Shown here: positions 57,541-64,000 of the stretch, in pieces
Position numbering within the stretch: the stretch's first letter is position 1
How the letters are laid out: every line of letters begins with the position of its first letter
Origin: Candidatus Binatia bacterium
Lineage (GTDB): Bacteria > Desulfobacterota > Binatia > HRBIN30
Assembly (NCBI GenBank): GCA_038245295.1
Contig: JBBRSP010000004.1
Span: forward strand, 256,001-320,000
Length of the DNA: 64,000 nucleotides
Direction: 5' to 3'
Made by a program: the position numbers and the translations under genes
Notes under the pieces: model-generated
Told to the model about the DNA's origin: nothing
The model's database searches: none
What the model saw: the letters and a program-made list of their open reading frames with translations, nothing else

Positions 57541-60500
57541 ATGGCTGATCGATTCCGTTTGGATGAAGTGCGCGAAATCTTTCGCGACGATGTGGCGCGT
57601 CTCATCGGAGAGATGCGCGGCAGTGCTGCTCAGTTGCTCAAACAGCCGGGCAATGCCGCCGCCCTCGAGCAGATCCGCGGTGCCGGCCATTCCCTACGTG
57701 GAAGCGCCGGCCTAGTCGGACTTACCTACCTGAGCCGCGCCGGTGCCGCGGTAGAGTACCTGGTTGAGAACCTTGATCGAGGCGCAGGCGAAACGCGCCG
57801 CATCAAAGCGTTCGCGCGGCAACTCGCCGCGGCCATCGACCAAATCGAAGCATTGGCAACCACGTCGCTGAACGATATCGACGCCGGACTCCACGAAAAC
57901 GTCTACACCGAGTTTACCCTTCTGTTCCCTGAGGACGTGCGCCGCGAGTTGGTGGCAATTGATGTCGGGTCGCTACCGCCGGCCGAGGCACCCGTGGAAG
58001 CAGCGCCCGCAGGGGGTGATGATCCGGCCTGGGAAGCGCAACTCGCCGAGATCTTCCTCGAGGAATTGCGCGAAAACCTGACCCGCGTTCCAGTGCTCGT
58101 GGCCGGACTTGCCGAACAGCACCAACGGCGCCAGGCGTTCTACGATCTGTCACGCGTCTTCCATACGATCAAAGGTTCGGCTGCGATGGTGGGGCGCCAT
58201 GAGCTTTCGGAGCTGGGGCGGATTCTTCAGGATGCCTTTGGTTCGGCGGCCGAAAGCGCCGAAATCAATCCGGACGACCACACGACGATCCAGAGCACGA
58301 TGGCGCAGGTCTTCGCGGCCGCACAGATGCTTGCACCGACTTTGCCAACGCCAGCCACGGCTGTCGAGGACGAGCCGGACATCGACCCAGAGTTGATGGA
58401 AGCGTTCGCCATCGACGCCGACGAAGCGCTTTCGGCCACCGAACGCGTACTGCTCGAACTGGAAACCCAACCCGACAACACCGACAGCCTGCGTTCCCTC
58501 TTCCGCCACTTCCACACCCTGAAGGGCGCGGCCGCCGCTGTGGGACTGGGGCTCGTCGCCGAGCAATTGCACCACGGCGAGTCGCTGCTGGAATCGATCC
58601 TCGAAGGCGAGACGGCGGTAGGAGGTCCTCGGCTCGTCGACTTCCTATTCCGACTCACCGACTCGATCACCGGGCTGATCGACAAGGTGCGCGGCCGAGC
58701 CACCGATCAGCGCAGCGTCATGACCGACATACCCGTCGCCATCGCGGCTCTCATGTCTGCAGCAGTCACCGACGAGCCTCTGCCGACGCCGACACGGGCG
58801 ACGCCGACCCCAGTTCAGGCCGCCGAAGCGAGCGACGCTCCGATACCGTTGGCCGAGCTCGAAACCGGCGTGGTGCGTATCTTGGCCAGCCGCCTCGATA
58901 CTCTGATGAATCAGGTGACGCAGCTCGTCGTGAGCCGCACCCGCCTGGATCGCAAGATCGAAGCCTTCGGGGAGTTGCGCGACAAACTGGACTACTGCCG
59001 TCGCCGGCTTGCGGATCTGATCCAAGGCTTTCAAGAAAACTACGAATACAACGTCGGCGAGCGCCAAGGGGTCGCCACCAAAGCATCGCTCACTACCCGG
59101 TCAGCAGCAGAGGAGGACGAATTCTTCACCGACCTCGAGTTCGACAAATATGACGACGTCAACATTCTCGCTCGTAGCGTCATCGAGCTAGCTACCGACA
59201 CCGGCGAGCTCGCCGACCAACTCGGTAAACTCATTGATTCCTTTGGTGAGGAGTCACGTCAGTTCTCGAAAGTCACCTCAACCCTGCAACGCCAGATCAC
59301 CCGCTTGCGTCTCGTGCCGATCGATACCGTCCTGCGGCGCCTCGTGCGACCCGTTCGCGATGCCGCCCGCCAGGAAGGCAAACTCGTCGACCTGGTGTTC
59401 GACGGCGGCGACGTGCAACTCGACAAGACCATCGTCGAAGGCCTTCACGCGCCGCTGCTGCATCTTGTTCGCAACGCGGTGTCCCATGGGATCGAGCAGC
59501 CGACCGAACGGCAAGCGACCGGCAAGCCCACGACGGGAACGATTCGCATCTCGGCTCAGCTGCGGCACAACAGCGTGCAGATTAATTTGCAAGACGACGG
59601 TGCCGGTATCGACTTTGACGCGGTCCGCAAGAAGGGCCTTGCGCTCGGCCTAGTCGACGCAAACACGACGCCCTCACGCGACGAGCTCGTCCAGCTGATT
59701 TTCCGTTCGGGCTTCAGCACGGGGACAACCGTGACCGATCTGGCCGGTCGCGGCGTCGGCATGGACGTCGTGGCCCGCGAGATTGTCGGCCTCAACGGAA
59801 CCTTGGCCGTCGAATCGCGCGATCGTTACGGCACCACCATTCACATGGTCGTTCCGACAATGACGGCCATCGACGAAGTTCTGCTGCTGCACTCCGGCAC
59901 GCATCAGTATGCAATCGCCGCGGACTACGTCGAGCAGGCCGTCAGCGTCAACGCCGCTCACATCGTAGACGTGGATGGGCAGCCCACCCTCCAGGTCCGT
60001 AATGAACTCCTACCCGTCCTGTTCCTCGGACCGCTGGTCGATCAGCCGGCCCCGACGGGGAACGGTATGGCGATGCTTCTACGAGTTGGGGATAGTCGAT
60101 TGGCGTTAATCATCGATCGCGTCGAGCCACAACGGGAGGCAGTCATTCGGCCGCTGGGCCGTCTGCTGAACACGCACCCGTTCCTCGCTGGGGCGACCAT
60201 CTCCGGTGACGGAGACGTGATTTTCACGCTCAACCCGTCACGGCTTCTCGAGTTGCTGCACGGCGAAGCACCGCGGCATGCAACCTTCATCATGCCGGCG
60301 GCCAGTGATGCCGCGCCCGTCTCCGGGTCGACCATCCTGTGGGTCGACGATTCGATCAGCGTTCGCAAGATGGCGACGAAGTTCCTCGAAAGCGAAGGCG
60401 TCGACGTCGACACCGCCGTCGACGGAATCGATGCACTAGAAAAGCTCGCATCGGGACGCTTCCGTCTGGTCGTCACCGATCTCGAGATGCCGCGCATGCA

Positions 60501-60726
60501 CGGGTACGATCTGGTCGCCGAGATCAGGCGTAATCCGGCATTCAAGCACCTGCCTGTCATCGTCTGCAGTTCACGTTCGAGCGACAAGCACCGCCACCGG
60601 GCGGAGGATGTCGGGGCCCAGGGTTACCTGACCAAGCCGTTCTCGAAAGAGCAGCTATTCGAGGAGCTCGAGCGCGTTCGGCCGGGCTCCACGACGAGCC
60701 GCCCGGCTGCCGGGGCAAGTGCCTGA
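57541..60726 (+). CDS. cheA: Hybrid CheA (ChpA/PilL-like): 3 Hpt + kinase + CheW + REC
   Basis: HSLRG, HTIKG and HTLKG Hpt motifs; HLVRNAVSHGIE, DDGAG, GFST, GRGVGMDVV; CheW; REC VDDS..TDLEMP..KPF. Confidence 0.95.
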   Translation: MADRFRLDEVREIFRDDVARLIGEMRGSAAQLLKQPGNAAALEQIRGAGHSLRGSAGLVGLTYLSRAGAAVEYLVENLDRGAGETRRIKAFARQLAAAIDQIEALATTSLNDIDAGLHENVYTEFTLLFPEDVRRELVAIDVGSLPPAEAPVEAAPAGGDDPAWEAQLAEIFLEELRENLTRVPVLVAGLAEQHQRRQAFYDLSRVFHTIKGSAAMVGRHELSELGRILQDAFGSAAESAEINPDDHTTIQSTMAQVFAAAQMLAPTLPTPATAVEDEPDIDPELMEAFAIDADEALSATERVLLELETQPDNTDSLRSLFRHFHTLKGAAAAVGLGLVAEQLHHGESLLESILEGETAVGGPRLVDFLFRLTDSITGLIDKVRGRATDQRSVMTDIPVAIAALMSAAVTDEPLPTPTRATPTPVQAAEASDAPIPLAELETGVVRILASRLDTLMNQVTQLVVSRTRLDRKIEAFGELRDKLDYCRRRLADLIQGFQENYEYNVGERQGVATKASLTTRSAAEEDEFFTDLEFDKYDDVNILARSVIELATDTGELADQLGKLIDSFGEESRQFSKVTSTLQRQITRLRLVPIDTVLRRLVRPVRDAARQEGKLVDLVFDGGDVQLDKTIVEGLHAPLLHLVRNAVSHGIEQPTERQATGKPTTGTIRISAQLRHNSVQINLQDDGAGIDFDAVRKKGLALGLVDANTTPSRDELVQLIFRSGFSTGTTVTDLAGRGVGMDVVAREIVGLNGTLAVESRDRYGTTIHMVVPTMTAIDEVLLLHSGTHQYAIAADYVEQAVSVNAAHIVDVDGQPTLQVRNELLPVLFLGPLVDQPAPTGNGMAMLLRVGDSRLALIIDRVEPQREAVIRPLGRLLNTHPFLAGATISGDGDVIFTLNPSRLLELLHGEAPRHATFIMPAASDAAPVSGSTILWVDDSISVRKMATKFLESEGVDVDTAVDGIDALEKLASGRFRLVVTDLEMPRMHGYDLVAEIRRNPAFKHLPVIVCSSRSSDKHRHRAEDVGAQGYLTKPFSKEQLFEELERVRPGSTTSRPAAGASA

Positions 60727-60751
60727 AAAGCGACCGGAGTAGGAGGAACCG

Positions 60752-63700
60752 ATGGAAGACAACGCCGACATGAACAAAAGCGGACCTTCTTTGGAAGATT
60801 TCGTCCTCCTGCAATCGTCGCTCGAAGAATTGCGGGTCGAACGCGATGAGCTGCTGACCAAGATCCAGTCGTTCGAGGGATTGAACGACGAACAAAACAA
60901 GCTCGCCGAATCGCAACTACAGGAGGCGCGCGCCCAGGTCGAAGCACTCAAGAAGAACACACAGAAGGTTCGCGAACGACTTGAAGCGGAAGTTCGCGTC
61001 TCAGCGGCGCGCGCCGGCGAAGCCGAACGCGCCGGCGAAACCCATGCGCGTGCACGCGCCGAGTTGGAAGCACTCTACAATGATCAATCAGCCCGGTTCG
61101 AAGAGGCAGCCGTGCGGCTCGCCGATCTCGAGACCGAGAGCATGATCTATACGGCGGAGCTCGAGCGTGTCACCGAGGAGAACGACGCTGCTCGCTGCCG
61201 CATCGATGAACTTTCGCTCGCCTTGGAGGAACACGCGGCTCGAATCACGGCCGCCGAAGAAGCCGCAACGGAAGCTCAACTTCATGGCGCCGAGACCGCG
61301 GCCTCGCTCGATGAGCTCGGGACGCGTCATGGCGATCTGCAAGCCACACACCAGGCGCTGGTGTCCGAACGCGAGCTGCTGGTCGGCACAGTCCAGGAAT
61401 TGCGGGACACGATCGAACGCGTCGAATCTACCCTCTCCGCCGAAAGTACGGCCAAACGGGGCGCTGAAGCTGGCCGTGCTGCCGACGCACGCGCCCATGA
61501 AGAAGAGCGCACCGATTGGGAGCGCTTAGCAGCGGACCGCGAGTCCGAGCTTGTTGCGGCGCGTGACGAGGTTGCCCAGACACTCGAAGCCGAACAGTCC
61601 TCTCTGTTCCTGGCCCGGCAACGGATTGATGAACTCACCGCAAAGCTTTGCGATGCCGAGTCACGGGTCGCGGCGGCGGGGACCGAGTCGCTGCGGCTGG
61701 AAGAAGAAATCGAAGAGCTGCGCCAGGAACAAGACCGTCAGCGGCGGGTCTTCGAGGCAAGCGCCCGCCAACGCGAGGAGCAGCACGCATCACAGGCCGC
61801 CGCCGAGCAAGCACGCTTCCAAAGTGAGATCGATCAGCGCGGTGCGCAGCTACGCGAGCTGCAACACCAGATCGAGCGGCTGCAAGAGGAGTTGCAGGGT
61901 GCAAACACCGAAGCGGGGCGGACCCGGCAGGAGTTGGTACGCCTACGTTCCGAGCTGGAGGACTCGCAGCTTCAGGTTGCCACCCAACAGGCAGCCATTG
62001 AGTCGGCGCGCACCCACATCAGCCTCTTGGAAGCGCAAATCATCGAGCGTGACTCCGAAGTTCAGAGATTGGCCGCCCGAGTAAACACGAGCGAACAAGG
62101 GTCGCGTGATCGTGACGCGACAATTGTCCGACTCGGCCAAGAGGCCGAGGCGGCACATGTGCAGTTCGAGTCCGAGATGGCAACGGTACGCGGCTCCGTC
62201 GACACCCAACGCCTGGCGTTGGAAGCGGCGCGAGCCCAGATCCACGCCCTGGAGACACGCGCCGCGGACGGAGACGCGCAACGAACACGGCTCGGCGGCC
62301 ACATCGTCGAGCTCGAACAGGCCGTGAAGGACGGCGAGGCCGCCCTCAGCGCCGCACAGCGCAACGCCGAAGCGGCGGCCCGGCGGGCTGCCGAAGAGTT
62401 GCACCACCTCAGCGCGGCAGCAGCCGAAAAGTTCGCCGCCTTGGATGCATCCCGCAACGGGCTGGCGTCCGAGCTCACCGAGGCCCGTGCCCGGCTCGAC
62501 AAAACGACACACGATCTGGAGGCCGCACAGCGGCGGGTCAGTGCTCTCGAATCGGAACGCACGCAGCTTCAAGGACAGCTGGCCAAGCTGAGCGACGAAC
62601 TCGGCACCCAAGCCGCGTCTTTGGCCCAGGGACAAACCGAAGCCATTGCCGAACGACAACAATCGGCGGCCGAACGCAGCAAGCTGCAGGCAGAGATTCG
62701 GCAGCAAACCGCGCGCTGGCAGGAGGATACGGCTCGGCTGAACTCCCAGCGCCAGGAGCTGCAGGCCGAGGCGCAACGCCTCGTGACACGTGTCGAAGCG
62801 CTGAGCGCCGAGCTGACGGAAGCTCGCGCCAACCACGACGCCACCAGTGCCGCCCTCGGGCAAGCGCAAGCGGAGATCCAAGCGCGGATCCAGCAGTACG
62901 AACAGCTCGAGACTGAATCGCTGCAGCTCATCGAGGGCCACGACACGGCAACAGCCGAACTACGCCAGCGTTCGCTCGAACGAGATCACGAATGGGAACA
63001 GAGTCTGGCCGACGCAACGGCTCGCTACGATGACCTGAACCGGGAACTGAACGCGGCGCGTGAGCGGCTCGAGTCGGCGCTTGACGAGAGCCGGTTGCGC
63101 CACGACCAGATCTCCCAGATCGCCGCCGATCTCGATCAGGCGCGCCAAATGAATGTCGAACAAGGGCAGGCGATCGAGAGCTTGCAGACGCACAACGCCG
63201 CGCTCCTGGAGCAGCTGCAAGACGAACGACAACGCGGCGCCGCCAGCCTGGAGGAAGCACACAGTCAACTGGCCGAGGCTACCGCGTTGCTCGACAAGGA
63301 ACGCCTGCACGCCGCTGAAGAAGCGGAGAGAACGGCCGACACCACACGCGAGCTAGCGAGTGCCGTCGCGGGCGCGCGGCGTGAGATTGCGGAGCTGCGA
63401 ACGGCTCGCGATCAAGTTGCCGAACAACTTGCCGCCAGCTCGGCATTGGGCGAGAAACAGGCCCTCGAGCTGTCGCAACTGGGCGAACGCCTGACAGCCA
63501 GCGAAGTGCTGATCTCCCAGGCCCAGCGACAATCGTCACACGACGCCGAGCGGCTCGCCGGCCTGACGGAGCAGGAGCAGGCGCTCCGCCAACGAATCGC
63601 CACGTTGCAAGAGGAGACCGCCGAGCAGCAGCACACGATCCGCACTTTCGAGACCCAACTCGGAGAGCTCACGGCCGAGCTAGAACGTCGCCAAAGGTTG

Positions 63701-64000
63701 AGCGAGGAAGCGCAACAGAGACTGAGCGACATGAATCGCACCTTGGAGCTACGCGATGCTCGGATGACCGAACTAGCGGCGCAGCTCGAGGCTCAGCAGC
63801 AGGCAATGCGCGCGCTCCAAGACGAGACAACCGCTTCGGGGCGTGAGGCCGAGGAGCGTCTTGCGGATCTGGCAACGCAGTTGCAAACCAGCGACGAGAC
63901 GTCGACCGCGGCGCGCCAACAGGCCGGCGAAGCCGCGCTGCGGGCCAACGAGCGAATTGGAGAGCTCGAGAAAAACATCGCCGCGCTGCGGGAGGAACAG
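60752..64000 (+). CDS. Very long coiled-coil protein (>1083 aa, 3'-truncated by window edge)
   Basis: AGGAGG RBS at 60741, ATG at 60752 (MEDNADMNKSGPSLEDFVLLQSSLEELRVERDEL); E/Q/A/R/L heptads; still in frame at 64000. Its absence from the ORF track is consistent with no stop inside the window. Confidence 0.88.
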   Translation, partial: MEDNADMNKSGPSLEDFVLLQSSLEELRVERDELLTKIQSFEGLNDEQNKLAESQLQEARAQVEALKKNTQKVRERLEAEVRVSAARAGEAERAGETHARARAELEALYNDQSARFEEAAVRLADLETESMIYTAELERVTEENDAARCRIDELSLALEEHAARITAAEEAATEAQLHGAETAASLDELGTRHGDLQATHQALVSERELLVGTVQELRDTIERVESTLSAESTAKRGAEAGRAADARAHEEERTDWERLAADRESELVAARDEVAQTLEAEQSSLFLARQRIDELTAKLCDAESRVAAAGTESLRLEEEIEELRQEQDRQRRVFEASARQREEQHASQAAAEQARFQSEIDQRGAQLRELQHQIERLQEELQGANTEAGRTRQELVRLRSELEDSQLQVATQQAAIESARTHISLLEAQIIERDSEVQRLAARVNTSEQGSRDRDATIVRLGQEAEAAHVQFESEMATVRGSVDTQRLALEAARAQIHALETRAADGDAQRTRLGGHIVELEQAVKDGEAALSAAQRNAEAAARRAAEELHHLSAAAAEKFAALDASRNGLASELTEARARLDKTTHDLEAAQRRVSALESERTQLQGQLAKLSDELGTQAASLAQGQTEAIAERQQSAAERSKLQAEIRQQTARWQEDTARLNSQRQELQAEAQRLVTRVEALSAELTEARANHDATSAALGQAQAEIQARIQQYEQLETESLQLIEGHDTATAELRQRSLERDHEWEQSLADATARYDDLNRELNAARERLESALDESRLRHDQISQIAADLDQARQMNVEQGQAIESLQTHNAALLEQLQDERQRGAASLEEAHSQLAEATALLDKERLHAAEEAERTADTTRELASAVAGARREIAELRTARDQVAEQLAASSALGEKQALELSQLGERLTASEVLISQAQRQSSHDAERLAGLTEQEQALRQRIATLQEETAEQQHTIRTFETQLGELTAELERRQRLSEEAQQRLSDMNRTLELRDARMTELAAQLEAQQQAMRALQDETTASGREAEERLADLATQLQTSDETSTAARQQAGEAALRANERIGELEKNIAALREEQ

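Overview
High-GC bacterial chromosomal segment. The secreted proteins (CSLREA domain, Cys-rich DGNxxxxDGC repeat, C-terminal 'CVGDCGGDGEVTVEEILTLVNVALG' dockerin-like tail) and the mtnP-pfkB and sufT genes suggest Candidatus Binatia or a related delta-proteobacterial lineage; this is an inference. Left to right: (1) mutY (partial), RidA, an LLM monooxygenase, GST, an alpha/beta hydrolase, sufT, a histone-like protein and DJ-1. (2) tRNA-Glu(TTC), followed by an integrase-less islet carrying a RelE/HigB-XRE toxin-antitoxin pair, then a second repeat-bounded cassette (CSLREA protein). (3) A surface-protein/glycosylation block: TMTC-like glycosyltransferase, B12 radical SAM, large adhesin-like protein, acyltransferase-3, a Cys-rich protein and parD with a truncated parE. 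(4) Actinobacterial-type lipid/steroid catabolism: BVMO-esterase fusion, fadD19-, fadE26- and fadE27-like genes. (5) Chloroperoxidase, GFA, wHTH-AAA regulator, mgtE, mtnP operon, esterase, sugar genes, larB and thiL. (6) A type IV pilus-class chemosensory operon with a candidate sigma-54 promoter, unusual extra members and a >1083-aa coiled-coil ORF that runs off the window and is absent from the ORF track. Intergenic DNA is crowded with REP/REPIN-like repeats. The most striking non-coding signal is a set of MITEs with GAGRCTGTC termini inserted in the loops of REP hairpins (4-bp duplications in two of three cases), carrying REP pairs as cargo, with one nested inside a copy of itself. No CRISPR array, rRNA, integrase or transposase was seen.
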